DNA from: Candidatus Spongiisociaceae bacterium
GTDB taxonomy: Bacteria > Actinomycetota > Acidimicrobiia > Spongiisociales > Spongiisociaceae
Assembly (NCBI GenBank): GCA_965202665.1
Contig: OZ241841.1
Span: 160,001-224,000 of the forward strand
Reading direction: 5' to 3'
DNA: 64,000 nt
This document shows, piece after piece, positions 48,923 to 59,434 of this stretch. The position numbers and the translations under genes are program-made. Positions within the stretch are counted from its first letter, which is position 1, and every line of letters begins with the position of its first letter. The notes beneath the pieces are model-generated. The model did no database searches and had not been told where the DNA came from. It saw only the letters and a program-made list of their open reading frames with translations.

Positions 48923-51004
48923 TCACGTGGCTGCTATCTCGTCTACGCGGTAGGCCTCGATGACATCGCCTTCTTTGACGTCCCGGAAGCGCTCCAGGCC
49001 GATGCCGCATTCAAAACCGGCGGACACTTCGGCCACGTCGTCTTTGAAACGCTTCAACGAACCCGCTTTGCCGTCGTAGATCACCACCCCGTCCCGCAAC
49101 AACCGCACCGGGGAATCGCGCGTTATCATCCCTTCGGTCACGTAGCAACCGGCCACCGACCCCCACCGGGGCACACGGAACACGGCCCTCACCTCGGCCG
49201 AGCCCAGCAACTGCTCCACCTCTTCGGGGGCGATGCGGCCGGTCAGCAACCGCTTCAAATCATCCAACAGTTCGTAGATAATGGAATAGGTGCGGATTTC
49301 CACTCCCGCTCGGCCCGCCGCCCGGCGGGCGTTGCCGTCGGGACGGACGTTGAAACCGACCACCACCGCCTCGGCCGCATCCGCCAAACGCACATCGTTT
49401 TCGGTGATCCCGCCCACTGCGGCGTGCAACGTGGTGATCCGCCCCCCGGACAGATCCAACTTGCCCACCGCGTCCCGGATGGCGCCCACCGAACCGTCGG
49501 CGTCCGCTTTCACCACCAAGTTAAGTTCAGCCTGCTCCTCCGCCCGCAACTGCTCCAACAGCCGGCCCAGACGTTGACGGGCGGTGGGCACCACCAGATC
49601 CCGGGCCCGGTCGTCGGCCACCTGCTCGGCGGCCTTGGCCCGGGCTGCCCGATCGTCGGCTGCCTTTTCGAACAGCTCCCCCGCCGCCGGAACCCCCGAC
49701 CATCCGGACACCAGGACCGGGACTGAAGGGCCGGCCGCGGCGATCCTCTCCCCTTTGTCGTCGATCATCAACCGCACCCGGCCGCTCACCGGCCCGGCCG
49801 CCAGCGAATCGCCTTTTTTGAGCGTGCCCCGTTGGATGATGACGGTGGCTACCGCCCCCATTCCCTTGTCCAAACGGCTTTCGATCACCACCCCGGAGGC
49901 GGGGGCGTCCGGATTGGCTTTTAATTCCGCCACTTGGGCGTGCAAATCGATCATCTCCAGCAGGATGTCCACGCCCCGGCCGTTCCGGGCGGAAAGTTCC
50001 ACCGCCACCACCTCGCCGCCCAACTCTTCGGCGACCACCCCGTGTTCGGTGAGCATGGCCCGCACCCGCACCGGATCGGCCCCTTCCGCGTCTATCTTGT
50101 TGATGGCCACGATCATCGGCGCCCCGGCCGCCCGGGCGTGGCTGATGGCTTCCACCGTTTGCGGCATCACCCCGTCGTCGGCGGCCACCACCAGCACCAC
50201 GATGTCGGTCACTTCCGCCCCCCGGGCCCGCATGGCCGTAAAAGCTTCGTGTCCCGGGGTGTCTATGAAAGTCAGCCGGTTTCCCCCCGACTCCACCTGA
50301 TAGGCGCCGATGTGCTGCGTGATGCCGCCCGCCTCTTCTGCGGCCGCGTTGGAATTGCGGATGGCGTCCAGCAAAGTGGTTTTGCCGTGATCCACATGCC
50401 CCATGACCGTCACCACCGGCGGGCGCGCCGCCAAATCATCGGAATGGTCGTCGAACACCCGCCGGGCGCGCACCAGCACCTGCTCGGTTTCCGCCACTTG
50501 CGCCTGTTCCACTTCCACCAAGAATCCGAAGAACTCCCCCAACGGCTCGATGGCTTCCTCCGGAACGGGTGCGGCGGCGGCGGCCATGAACCCCATGGAC
50601 AGCAGGCGGCGAATGACCTCGCCCACCGGCCGGTGGATGGCTTGCGCGAACTCCTGAACCGAAACGTCGGAGGAAACGGTCAGCAGTTCCACTTCCTCCG
50701 GAATCGGCTCCGGCTCTTCCCTTTCCCGCTCCCGAGAGGCCTGCTCGGCTTCAAAAGCCCGCACCGCGGCCGCGGCGGCGGCGGCTTCCTCCTCCGCGGT
50801 AAGGGGAGGGGCGGGGGGCGGGGGCGGCTCCGGTTCGACGGGGGCGGCGGGCATGAAAGCGGCCCGCACCGACTCCACTTGGGATTCGTTCAGGCTGGAG
50901 GAGGCGGTGGTGGACGGAAAGCCCAGCTCCTGCGCTTTGGCCAGAACCGCCTTGGAGGTAAGTCCTAACGTTTTGGCCAACTCATGGATTCTGATGTTGG
51001 CCAC
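48923..51004 (-). CDS. infB: Translation initiation factor IF-2
   Basis: IRIHELAK, RPPVVTVMGHVDHGKTTLLD, GGITQHIGAY, FIDTPGHEAFT.MRARG, LKRFKDDV.EV..GFECGI. Confidence 0.98.
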   Translation of the reverse strand: MANIRIHELAKTLGLTSKAVLAKAQELGFPSTTASSSLNESQVESVRAAFMPAAPVEPEPPPPPAPPLTAEEEAAAAAAAVRAFEAEQASREREREEPEPIPEEVELLTVSSDVSVQEFAQAIHRPVGEVIRRLLSMGFMAAAAAPVPEEAIEPLGEFFGFLVEVEQAQVAETEQVLVRARRVFDDHSDDLAARPPVVTVMGHVDHGKTTLLDAIRNSNAAAEEAGGITQHIGAYQVESGGNRLTFIDTPGHEAFTAMRARGAEVTDIVVLVVAADDGVMPQTVEAISHARAAGAPMIVAINKIDAEGADPVRVRAMLTEHGVVAEELGGEVVAVELSARNGRGVDILLEMIDLHAQVAELKANPDAPASGVVIESRLDKGMGAVATVIIQRGTLKKGDSLAAGPVSGRVRLMIDDKGERIAAAGPSVPVLVSGWSGVPAAGELFEKAADDRAARAKAAEQVADDRARDLVVPTARQRLGRLLEQLRAEEQAELNLVVKADADGSVGAIRDAVGKLDLSGGRITTLHAAVGGITENDVRLADAAEAVVVGFNVRPDGNARRAAGRAGVEIRTYSIIYELLDDLKRLLTGRIAPEEVEQLLGSAEVRAVFRVPRWGSVAGCYVTEGMITRDSPVRLLRDGVVIYDGKAGSLKRFKDDVAEVSAGFECGIGLERFRDVKEGDVIEAYRVDEIAAT

Positions 51005-52227
51005 TAGGGAGCCGCTACCTCCTCCGAATCATCCGCCGCAACCCGCCGTCCGGCCGGTTCGGGGACGGCGGCTTCTTCGGCCTCGTTGATGCCGGCGGCT
51101 ACCTGGGCCGCGGGCGGGTTGGGTTCCGCGGGGGCGGGAGGGGGTTCTTCTTCCGCAACGGGCGGCTCCGGCGGGGGAGCCTCGGCCGGGGGCGGGGCGG
51201 GGGTTTCCCCGCCCGAACGGGGGGCGTCCGCGGCGGGGGTCCCCCGTTCCGGACGGGGGCCGTCGCTGCGGATGTCGATCTTGTAGCCGGTGAGCCGGGC
51301 GGCCAACCGGGCGTTCTGGCCTTCCCGGCCGATGGCCAGCGACAACTGGTGTTCGCTTACCACCACCACCGCCGTCTTCTCCGTCCGGTTGACCTGCACG
51401 TCCCGCACCTTGGCCGGGCCGAGGGCCTCCACGATGAAATGGGCCGGGTCTTCCTGCCACTGCACCACGTCCACTTTTTCGCCCCGCAGTTCGTTCACCA
51501 CGTTGCGCACCCTCCGCCCCTGGGCGCCCACGCAGGCCCCCTTCGGGTCCACGTTGAGATCGTTGGAAATGACCGCCAGCTTGGTGCGGTGGCCCGCCTC
51601 CCGGGCGATGGACTTGATCTGCACCGTTCCGTCCAGCAACTCCGGCACTTCTATTTCCAGCATTCGCCGCACCAAATCGGGATGGGAGCGGGACACCACC
51701 ACCTGGGCCCCTTTGGCCTCCCGGTTCACCTCCACAATGAGGGCTTTGACCCTGGCCCCGCGCTCCAACCGCTCGAAGGGAATCCGCTCCGAGCCGGGCA
51801 TGATCGCCTCGGCGTCTCCCAAGTCGATGATGGTGGCCCGGTTTTCATGCTGTTGCACCATGCCGGTGACCAGATCCCCTTCCCGGCCCTCGTATCGATT
51901 GAACACCTGCTCCCGTTTGGTCTGCCGCAGCATCTGGGACATCACCTGTTTGGCGGTGGTGGCGGCGATGCGTCCGAAGTCGCGGGGCGGATCCTCCCAT
52001 TCCCGCACCACGTTGCCCTCCTCGTCCAGTTCCTGGGCGTAAATGGTTATTTCTATTCCGTTGTCGTCCGGCGCGATGGTTACCCGGGCTTCCTCCGCCG
52101 CGCCCGGACTTCGTTTATAGGCCGATACGAAAGCGTTGGCCAAAGCTTCCAAAATGTCATCCACCGGGATGCCCCGTTCCCGCCCCAGGGTTTCCAAAGC
52201 CTCGATGACCTGGTAGTCCATCTTCAT
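51004..52227 (-). CDS. nusA: Transcription termination/antitermination factor NusA
   Basis: FGRIAA.TAKQV, VSRSHP, EVPE, AREAG.RTK, GACVG, LSLAIGREGQNARLAARLTG. Pro/Ala/Glu-rich tail. Confidence 0.97.
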   Translation of the reverse strand: MKMDYQVIEALETLGRERGIPVDDILEALANAFVSAYKRSPGAAEEARVTIAPDDNGIEITIYAQELDEEGNVVREWEDPPRDFGRIAATTAKQVMSQMLRQTKREQVFNRYEGREGDLVTGMVQQHENRATIIDLGDAEAIMPGSERIPFERLERGARVKALIVEVNREAKGAQVVVSRSHPDLVRRMLEIEVPELLDGTVQIKSIAREAGHRTKLAVISNDLNVDPKGACVGAQGRRVRNVVNELRGEKVDVVQWQEDPAHFIVEALGPAKVRDVQVNRTEKTAVVVVSEHQLSLAIGREGQNARLAARLTGYKIDIRSDGPRPERGTPAADAPRSGGETPAPPPAEAPPPEPPVAEEEPPPAPAEPNPPAAQVAAGINEAEEAAVPEPAGRRVAADDSEEVAAP

Positions 52228-52231
52228 AACA

Positions 52232-52720
52232 TCACCTCTTCTGTCCCGGTTTGGCGGGTTTTTTCCATTCGAACACCGTGCGGGCGGCCGCCACTTGGGC
52301 GTAGGCGATGCGCCGGGATTCGGAGCCGACCCGTATCACGAACCCGTCCGGCTCCGCCGCCTCCAGCACGCCCTGATGATGGGTTTGCCCCCCCACCTCG
52401 CAGGTGGTGCTGACCTTGACGTCGCTCCCCACCGACTTTTCGTAGTGGCGGGGGCGGCGCAGTTTCCGTTCCAGACCGGGGGAGGTGACCTCCAACGTGT
52501 AGGAATTCTGGAACATGTCCCGCTCGTCCAGCAAACGGGACAGGGCCTGCGATACGCCGGACAGCCGGTCCACGTCCACTCCCCGCCGCCCGGCCTCCCC
52601 GTCCACGGTCACCTTTACCAGGCGCGGCCCGTCGCCCGCCACCTCCAGGTCGTCCAGTTCCAGTCCGACTCCGTCCAGGTAATCTTCGCACAGCGACCAC
52701 AGTTGGTCGGTGTTGGCCAC
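52232..52720 (-). CDS. rimP: Ribosome maturation factor RimP
   Basis: GVDVD.L..VS..LS.LLD, YTLEVTSPGLERKL. First gene before nusA. Confidence 0.93.
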   Translation of the reverse strand: MANTDQLWSLCEDYLDGVGLELDDLEVAGDGPRLVKVTVDGEAGRRGVDVDRLSGVSQALSRLLDERDMFQNSYTLEVTSPGLERKLRRPRHYEKSVGSDVKVSTTCEVGGQTHHQGVLEAAEPDGFVIRVGSESRRIAYAQVAAARTVFEWKKPAKPGQKR

Positions 52721-52786
52721 GACGCCGTCCTCTCTGCGCCCGGTTTGCCGGGCATTGCGCGCGCAGACGCCGGCGTCCTTTCCCGC

Positions 52787-52813
52787 AAAGAAAAAGGGCG
52801 GGCGCGCCCGCCC
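52787..52813 (-). terminator. Attenuator-type intrinsic terminator in the rimP leader
   Basis: Minus strand GGGCGGG-CGCG-CCCGCCC followed by TTTTTCTTT. It lies between a TATACT -10 box (about 52856-52861) and the rimP start, matching the known rimP-leader arrangement. Confidence 0.75.
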
Positions 52814-52936
52814 ACCCCGACGGAACCGGAAGCCGCGTCTGACGTTTACCGGGCCAGTATAGCAAACTCCGCGACCGGTTTCCGCCGCGCCGGCCAAGCG
52901 GGGCGATTTACCCGGCCGGGGGCCGTCGGGAACTAA

Positions 52937-54640
52937 CTACGGACCGGCCAGTTCCCGCAACCGGGGGGCGGCCTCCGGCAGGGGCAAGGTTTCCGACAGC
53001 GTCCCGTCCCGGGATTTGAGTTCCGCCTCCCCTCGTTCCAAACCGCGGGGGCCGATGGTCAAACGGTAGGGAAAGCCGATCAACTCGGCGTCGGCGAACT
53101 TGACCCCCGGGCGCTCGTCCCGGTCGTCCAAGATCACCTCCACCCCCGCCTCCGTCAGGCTCCGGTAAACGGATTGGGCGGCCTCCAACGTCGCCGGATG
53201 GTCGGGGCGGAGCGCGGTGATTACCGCCGCGAACGGCGCCACCGCCTGCGGCCAGATTATCCCCCGCTCGTCGTGGGAGGCTTCCACCACCGTGGCCATC
53301 ACCCTTCCCACGCCGATTCCGTAGGAGCCCATCACGATGGGAACGGGCCGGCCCCCCTCGTCCAGCACCGACGCCCCCAGGGCCTCCGAATATTTGCGGC
53401 CCAGCTTGAAAATGTGCCCCACTTCGATCACCGCCGTCACCGACAGGGAACCCTCCCGGCAACGGGGGCAGGTTTCGCCGTCGGATACGCGGCGGATGTC
53501 CAGCCATCGCTCCACCGCGACGTCCCTTTCGAAATCCACCCCCCGCAGATGGAAGTCGTCCCGGTTGGCCCCGGTGACCAGGTTGGAGCGTCCCCGCAGG
53601 GCCGGGTCGGCGATGACCGGCAACTCCGTCCCCACCGGCCCCAGGCTGCCCGGGTGAGCCCCCATGGCGGCGATGATCTCCTCCTCTTCGGCGGGACGCA
53701 CCTCGGCCGGGCCCAGGGCGTCGGCCATCTTCTGAACTTCCAGTTCGTGGTCGCCCCGCACCGCCGCCAGCATCGCCCGGCCGCCCACCATCATCACCAA
53801 GGTTTTAATTTGCCGGGCGGGGGCGGCGAACTCCCCCATTTCCGCCAAAGCGGCGATGGTGCGCACGCCGGGGGTGGGGAAGGTTTCCGGCGGCCCCTCC
53901 CAGGGCCGGTCCCGCTCCTCCGGCAACCAGGAGGAGGCCCGCTCCAGATTGGCCGCATAGTCGCAACTATCGCATAAGGCCACCCGGTCCTCGCCGGTGG
54001 GGGAAACCACTACGAACTCCACCGAATCGCTGCCCCCCATGTTCCCCGAGGAGGCCTCCACCGCGGCGGCGTCCAGTCCGCACCGCTGGAAAATGCGCCG
54101 GTAGGCGCCGCGATGGGCCTCGAACTGGACGTCCAGCCCCGCCTCGTCCGCATCCAGGGAATAGGAGTCCTTCATGGTGAACTCCCGCACCCGCAACAGG
54201 CCGGAGCGGGGGCGGGCCTCGTCCCGGAATTTGGTCTGGATATGGTACCAAAGCTGGGGCAGTTCCTTGTAGGAGCTAAGTTCGGAGGCCAGTTGGGCGA
54301 AAACTTCCTCATGGGTGAGGGCCAGCACCAGGTCGGCTTCCCGGCGGTCCTTGAATTTGGCCAGGATGCCCTCCACGTCGTCCCACCGCCCGGTCTTCTT
54401 CCAGATTTCACCGGGATGGACCACCGGGGCCAGGCATTCCTGTCCGCCTATGGCGTCCATCTCCTCGCGAATGATGCCCTCGATTTTGCGGGTGACCCGC
54501 ATTCCCAGCGGCAACAGGGAATAGGAGCCGGCCATCAAACGGCGAATAAACCCGCCCCGCACCAGCAGGCTGTGGCTGGGGGCCGCCGCATCGGCGGGGT
54601 TTTCGCGCAAAGTGGGTATGAAAGAACGGGACCAGCGCAC
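52937..54640 (-). CDS. proS: Proline--tRNA ligase
   Basis: PTLRE.P, TKFRDEARPR.GLLRVREFTMKDSYS, editing insertion, IEVGHIFKLG, MGSYGIG, DDRDERPGVKF. Confidence 0.98.
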   Translation of the reverse strand: MRWSRSFIPTLRENPADAAAPSHSLLVRGGFIRRLMAGSYSLLPLGMRVTRKIEGIIREEMDAIGGQECLAPVVHPGEIWKKTGRWDDVEGILAKFKDRREADLVLALTHEEVFAQLASELSSYKELPQLWYHIQTKFRDEARPRSGLLRVREFTMKDSYSLDADEAGLDVQFEAHRGAYRRIFQRCGLDAAAVEASSGNMGGSDSVEFVVVSPTGEDRVALCDSCDYAANLERASSWLPEERDRPWEGPPETFPTPGVRTIAALAEMGEFAAPARQIKTLVMMVGGRAMLAAVRGDHELEVQKMADALGPAEVRPAEEEEIIAAMGAHPGSLGPVGTELPVIADPALRGRSNLVTGANRDDFHLRGVDFERDVAVERWLDIRRVSDGETCPRCREGSLSVTAVIEVGHIFKLGRKYSEALGASVLDEGGRPVPIVMGSYGIGVGRVMATVVEASHDERGIIWPQAVAPFAAVITALRPDHPATLEAAQSVYRSLTEAGVEVILDDRDERPGVKFADAELIGFPYRLTIGPRGLERGEAELKSRDGTLSETLPLPEAAPRLRELAGP

Positions 54641-54740
54641 ATTTCTCCTTTACGGTACGGGGGCGGAATCCGGGGGCGGCGGCCTCCTCATCATACCCGA
54701 TACCGAACCAACTCCTCCCGCCCCGGACCGGGAGCGCCGG

Positions 54741-55814
54741 TTACGGGCGGGAGCGGAGGGCGGCGCGGCGGTAGAGCCAGAGCAGGGGCCAGGTGGCCAG
54801 GGCGGGGGCTATCAGCCACACCGGGCGGGTCAGCCACCATTCCAGGTTGGGAACCGGCGGCGGGAGATAATCGAACCCGGCCAGCGCCGCCACCGCCGCC
54901 GCCATGCCGGTGGTGTGGAACAGGTAGAGGGGCAGCGAATTCCGGTTCATCCAAGCCAACATCCGTTGCGCCAGCCGACCGGTTTCCAACCAGGCCAAGG
55001 CCCGGGGCCGGAAGATCAATACCAGCCCCACCTGCAGGAAAGTGAAGGCCACGATGGCCAAAGTGGGAGGCCCCATGTTGGACAAGCCCTCGCCGGTCAC
55101 CCCCACCAGCGACCGGGGGTAAAAACCCATGTTGGTGAGGGCGACCAAACCGAACAGGCCGCCCCAGAACATCATCCAGGCGGTGCGGGCGGGGGCGGCC
55201 GCCAGCCGGTCGTAGAAAAAGCCCAGTTGATGGGCCAGTCCCCAAATCACCAGAAAGTTCACCCAGGCCGCCCAACCTTGGCCTTGGGCGAAGCGGAGCA
55301 CGTCCAAAACCCCGGCCAAACCCAGCAGCCACACCAATACCAACTCGCCCCACCGCCAGTGGAAGCGGATAGCGAGCGGCGTGAGCAGCACCAACATCAG
55401 ATAGATGACCAGAAACCACAGCGGGAACAGCACCAGGAGCACCGCCGACCAGGTCCAGTCCGGGTCGGCGGCGACTTCCAGAACCCAGCCCGCGCCCACC
55501 CATGCCGCGATGAGAAAAGCGGCCGGTAGGAACAACCTCCCCAACCGCCGGCGGAGGAAGCGGCGGGAGTCGCCGGGAACGTAGTCGGCGAAAGCCCGGT
55601 GGTGGGTGTAACCGCCCACGAAGAAAAACACCGGCATTACCTGCAACAGCCAGGTGCCCACCCACAACCAACGGTTGAACCCGATCGGGTTGGTGGAGGT
55701 GATCGATTGGGGGGTGACCACCAAAATGGTGAACATCCAATGCCACACCACCACGACCACCAACGAAAAGGAGCGCAGAAAATCAACGTATTGGTCCCGG
55801 CCGGGTTCAGCCAT
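54741..55814 (-). CDS. Acyltransferase-3 family membrane protein
   Basis: RDQYVDFLR, VV.WHW, LQVMPVFFFVGG, LWFL.IY, SNMGPPT, multiple TM segments. Confidence 0.82.
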   Translation of the reverse strand: MAEPGRDQYVDFLRSFSLVVVVVWHWMFTILVVTPQSITSTNPIGFNRWLWVGTWLLQVMPVFFFVGGYTHHRAFADYVPGDSRRFLRRRLGRLFLPAAFLIAAWVGAGWVLEVAADPDWTWSAVLLVLFPLWFLVIYLMLVLLTPLAIRFHWRWGELVLVWLLGLAGVLDVLRFAQGQGWAAWVNFLVIWGLAHQLGFFYDRLAAAPARTAWMMFWGGLFGLVALTNMGFYPRSLVGVTGEGLSNMGPPTLAIVAFTFLQVGLVLIFRPRALAWLETGRLAQRMLAWMNRNSLPLYLFHTTGMAAAVAALAGFDYLPPPVPNLEWWLTRPVWLIAPALATWPLLWLYRRAALRSRP

Positions 55815-55851
55815 GCCCGGATGCTACTTTGCCCGGATGTCCGGGGGCGGG

Positions 55852-57060
55852 CTAAGGGCGGGAGGCTATGTGGGTTACCGCGGCGCGGCGGGCGGCGGCT
55901 TGGTTGGCGTCGCCTTGGATTTGCAGCAACCGTTCCCGGTCGCGGGCGGCGGCTTGGGCGGCGGAGGGGTCGGCGGCGGCCACCCGGGCGTCGGCGCCCT
56001 CCTCCGCCAAACGGCGGGCTTCGTCCAGCAGGGCCTCCACCATCTCGTCTTCGGGAACCACCCGCACCACCTTCCCTTTGATGAACAGGTGCCCCCTCCC
56101 CCGGCCTGCGGCGATGCCGATGTCCGCCTCCCGGGCTTCGCCCGGGCCGTTGACCACGCACCCCATCACCGCTACCTTGATGGGCAGGTTTTCGGCCGCC
56201 AGCCGCTCCTGCGCCTCGTCCGCCAAAGCCAGCACGTCCACCTCCGCCCGCCCGCAACTGGGGCAGGCGATCAGATCCAGGCCGGTGCGCTCCCGCAATC
56301 CCAAAAACTCCAGCAGTTGGCGGCCCGCCTTGGCCTCCTCCACCGGGTCGGCGGTCAGGGAGAAGCGAATGGTGTCCCCTATCCCCTCCAACAGCAACGT
56401 GGCGATGCCGGCCACCGATTTGACCAGCCCGGCCGGGGGCGGCCCGGCCTCGGTCACCCCCAGATGGAGGGGATGGTCCACCGTCTCCGACAACAAACGG
56501 TAAGCGGCCACCATGGTGGGAACATCGGAATGTTTTACTGAGATCTTGATGTCGGAAAACCCCTCCTCGGACAGGTATGAGATCTCCTGCAGGGCGGAAG
56601 CGGTCATCGCCTCCGGAGTGGCCGCCCCGTATTTCTCCAGCAAATCCCGGTCCAGGCTGCCCGCGTTCACCCCCACCCGGATGGGAATGCCGCGTTCCTT
56701 GGCTTCCCGGGCCACCGTCCGAATCTGCTCCGGCTTGCGGATGTTGCCCGGATTGAGGCGCAGTCCCTGCACGCCCGCCTCCATGGCCGCCAACGCCAAA
56801 CGGTACTGGTAATGAATGTCGGCGATGATGGGAACCGGGGAGCGGGGGACGATCTCCGCCAGCCCGGCCGCCGCCTCGGCGTCGTTGCAGGTGATGCGCA
56901 CCAGGTCGGCCCCCGCCCCGGCCAGGGCGTAGGTTTGGGCCAACGTGCCGTCCACGTCGGCCGTTTTGGTGGTGGTCATGGACTGGACGGAGACCGGCGC
57001 TCCGCCGCCCACTGCCACCGGCCCCACATGTATCCGGCGGGTGCGCTTGCGTTCCATCAT
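55852..57060 (-). CDS. ispG: 4-hydroxy-3-methylbut-2-en-1-yl diphosphate synthase
   Basis: VQSMTTT, ADIH, RLNPGNI, PLHLGVTEAG, GIGDTIRFSL, ACPSCGR, VMGCVVNGPGEA. Confidence 0.97.
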   Translation of the reverse strand: MMERKRTRRIHVGPVAVGGGAPVSVQSMTTTKTADVDGTLAQTYALAGAGADLVRITCNDAEAAAGLAEIVPRSPVPIIADIHYQYRLALAAMEAGVQGLRLNPGNIRKPEQIRTVAREAKERGIPIRVGVNAGSLDRDLLEKYGAATPEAMTASALQEISYLSEEGFSDIKISVKHSDVPTMVAAYRLLSETVDHPLHLGVTEAGPPPAGLVKSVAGIATLLLEGIGDTIRFSLTADPVEEAKAGRQLLEFLGLRERTGLDLIACPSCGRAEVDVLALADEAQERLAAENLPIKVAVMGCVVNGPGEAREADIGIAAGRGRGHLFIKGKVVRVVPEDEMVEALLDEARRLAEEGADARVAAADPSAAQAAARDRERLLQIQGDANQAAARRAAVTHIASRP

Positions 57061-57070
57061 AAGGGTTCCA

Positions 57071-58183
57071 TCATAAACCCAGGTTGAGGGGATTCACGAT
57101 GTCCAGGATGACCGCCACCAGGCCCAGGAAGAAAACCAGCCCGATAACGGCCGCCGCCACCGGGAACAGTTTGCGGGTGTTGGCCCGGCGCCCGGTCACT
57201 TTCTCGTAAACGGCCACCGCGAAATGACCGCCGTCCAACGGGTAAAGAGGGAGGCTGTTGAAGATGGCCAAAGTGATGTTGACCACCGCCATCAACGCCA
57301 GCAGGTTGACCAGCCCCGACCGCTCCAACTGGGCTCCGATCTGCACCAGGCCGATGGGGCTTACCAGGCGGATTTCGTCCGGCACTTGGTCTTCGCCGCC
57401 CAGCACACCGAACAGGTTCAGCAAAGAATCGGGACGGAGGATTCTCCCCACCGAAGCCACCGTGCCGGTGGCCATTTCCCATTCCAGTTGCGCCGCCCGG
57501 CCGGCCGCGGCCAGCGGACTGATGGAAACCCGGCGCGGCTGGGGGGAAATCCCCAAAAACCCGACTTCGCCTCCCTCGGCGGACTCCCGGGAAGCCAGGG
57601 TGACCGATTGCGAGCGGGCTCGGCCGTCCCTGATGTAGTCAATGACGATGGTCCTCCCCGGCCAGCTGGAAATGAGGGCCGCCGTCTGCCACCAGTCCTC
57701 CACCGGAATTCCGTCCAAGGCGGTGATCCGGTCCCCCTCCCGCAGGCCGGCCTCCGCCGCCGGGGAAAGCCCGCCCTCCGGCGGTGACCCCACCCGGGCG
57801 ATGGAGTTGGTGTATGCGGCGTCCCCCGAAATCATGAACATGGCGGCAAGCAACAGAAAGGCGGTAATCAGGTTGAGCGTCACCCCGGACAGCACCACCA
57901 CCGATTTACGCCAGAAAGCCTGGTCGCGGTAGGCGCGGGCCGCATCGGCCGGGTCGATCTCCTCCCGGTAGTCCATGCCGGCGATGCGCACGTAGCCGCC
58001 GAGGGGGAAAGCTTTTATTCCGTATTCGGTTTCCCCCCGCCGGAACGACCAAAGGCGGGGACCGAAGCCGACGAAGAATTCGGTGGGCTTCATGCCGGTG
58101 GCGCGGGCGGTCAGATAGTGGCCGGCTTCATGCACGATGATGAACACCGTCAGCGAAACCACCATTAGTATCCCGCCCAGCAT
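57071..58183 (-). CDS. rseP: RIP metalloprotease RseP (M50 family, PDZ domain)
   Basis: HEAGH, GFGP, PLGGYVRI.GM, PDZ SPAAEAGL..GD, NSLPLYPLDGG. Confidence 0.92.
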   Translation of the reverse strand: MLGGILMVVSLTVFIIVHEAGHYLTARATGMKPTEFFVGFGPRLWSFRRGETEYGIKAFPLGGYVRIAGMDYREEIDPADAARAYRDQAFWRKSVVVLSGVTLNLITAFLLLAAMFMISGDAAYTNSIARVGSPPEGGLSPAAEAGLREGDRITALDGIPVEDWWQTAALISSWPGRTIVIDYIRDGRARSQSVTLASRESAEGGEVGFLGISPQPRRVSISPLAAAGRAAQLEWEMATGTVASVGRILRPDSLLNLFGVLGGEDQVPDEIRLVSPIGLVQIGAQLERSGLVNLLALMAVVNITLAIFNSLPLYPLDGGHFAVAVYEKVTGRRANTRKLFPVAAAVIGLVFFLGLVAVILDIVNPLNLGL

Positions 58184-58285
58184 TTTCTAACCTCCTGTCT
58201 GCGGTTGATTGTCCTTCTCCAACCTAAACCGCCCCTATGACAAAAACGCCTTCGCCCAGCGCCCTATGGGCGCCCTGCCGGAAAA

Positions 58286-59434
58286 CTACCGGTCGCGCAC
58301 GGCCCGCCGGGCCCGGCTGCGGGCTTGGCGGTCCACTTCCAGCACCTGCTCCACCGTTTCCAGATCCTGGCGGGAATGATCTTCCAGCGTTTCGGCGATC
58401 ACCTCCGCCACCTCGGGGAACTTGATGCGGGAGGATAAAAAGGCCTCCACCGCCACTTCGTCGGCCGCGTTGAAGACGGCCGGGGCGGTTCCCCCCTCCC
58501 GGCCCGCCTGATAGGCCAGATCCAAGGCGGGGAAAGTCCTCCGGTCGGGCGGCTGAAAAGTGAGCGGGGCGGCGACCGGGTCGAAAGGACGGGCGGCGGA
58601 GGCGGCCCGTTCCGGGAAGGTGAGGGCGTATTGGATGGGAATTCGCATATCGGGCCGGCCCAGATGGGCCTTTAGCGAGCCGTCCACGAACTCCACCATG
58701 GAATGAACGATGCTTTCCGGATGAACCACCACCTCGATCCGCTCATAATCGACTCCGAACAGATGATGGGCCTCTATCACCTCCAAACCCTTGTTGGCCA
58801 AGGTAGCCGAATCGATGGTTATCCGCTCCCCCATCCGCCAGGTGGGGTGCTCCAGGGCCTGCTGCGGGGTGACCCCGGCCAGTTGCCCGGCGTCCATCCC
58901 CCGGAACGGCCCCCCGGAGGCGGTCAGGATCAACTTTCCCACCTCGTCCATCCGCTCCCCCTGCAGGCATTGGAACAGGGCGGAATGTTCGGAATCGACC
59001 GGAATCAACTCCGCCCCCTCCGTCTGCGCCGCCCGGGTGACCAGCTCCCCGCCCGCCACCAGGCTTTCCTTGTTGGCCAAAGCCAGGCGGTTGCCGGCCA
59101 GCAAAGCGGCCGCCGAGGCCCGCAGGCCCTCCGCCCCCACGATGCCGTTCACCACCGTCGCCCCCGGCGTCATAGCCAGATCCAGGACCCCCTCGTATCC
59201 CGGCCGGTAACGGGAACCCAGCAGGCGGAGCAGATGCCGGTGGGATTCGGCCGAAGGTTCGGTCGCCGCCACCGCCGCTTGCCGGTAACGGCCCGCCAAA
59301 TAAAACAGGCGCTGAATGGAATGCTCCGACCCCCGGGCGGCCAACCCGGACACCGGAATTCCCAGCTGGTCGGCCACCTGCAGAGCTTGCCGCCCGATGG
59401 AGCCGGTCGCCCCCAGCACCACCACCGGGTTCAC
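58286..59434 (-). CDS. dxr: 1-deoxy-D-xylulose-5-phosphate reductoisomerase
   Basis: LGATGSIG, LALANKESLV, PVDSEHSA, LTASGGPF, HPTWRMG.RITIDSATL.NKGLE. Confidence 0.97.
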   Translation of the reverse strand: MNPVVVLGATGSIGRQALQVADQLGIPVSGLAARGSEHSIQRLFYLAGRYRQAAVAATEPSAESHRHLLRLLGSRYRPGYEGVLDLAMTPGATVVNGIVGAEGLRASAAALLAGNRLALANKESLVAGGELVTRAAQTEGAELIPVDSEHSALFQCLQGERMDEVGKLILTASGGPFRGMDAGQLAGVTPQQALEHPTWRMGERITIDSATLANKGLEVIEAHHLFGVDYERIEVVVHPESIVHSMVEFVDGSLKAHLGRPDMRIPIQYALTFPERAASAARPFDPVAAPLTFQPPDRRTFPALDLAYQAGREGGTAPAVFNAADEVAVEAFLSSRIKFPEVAEVIAETLEDHSRQDLETVEQVLEVDRQARSRARRAVRDR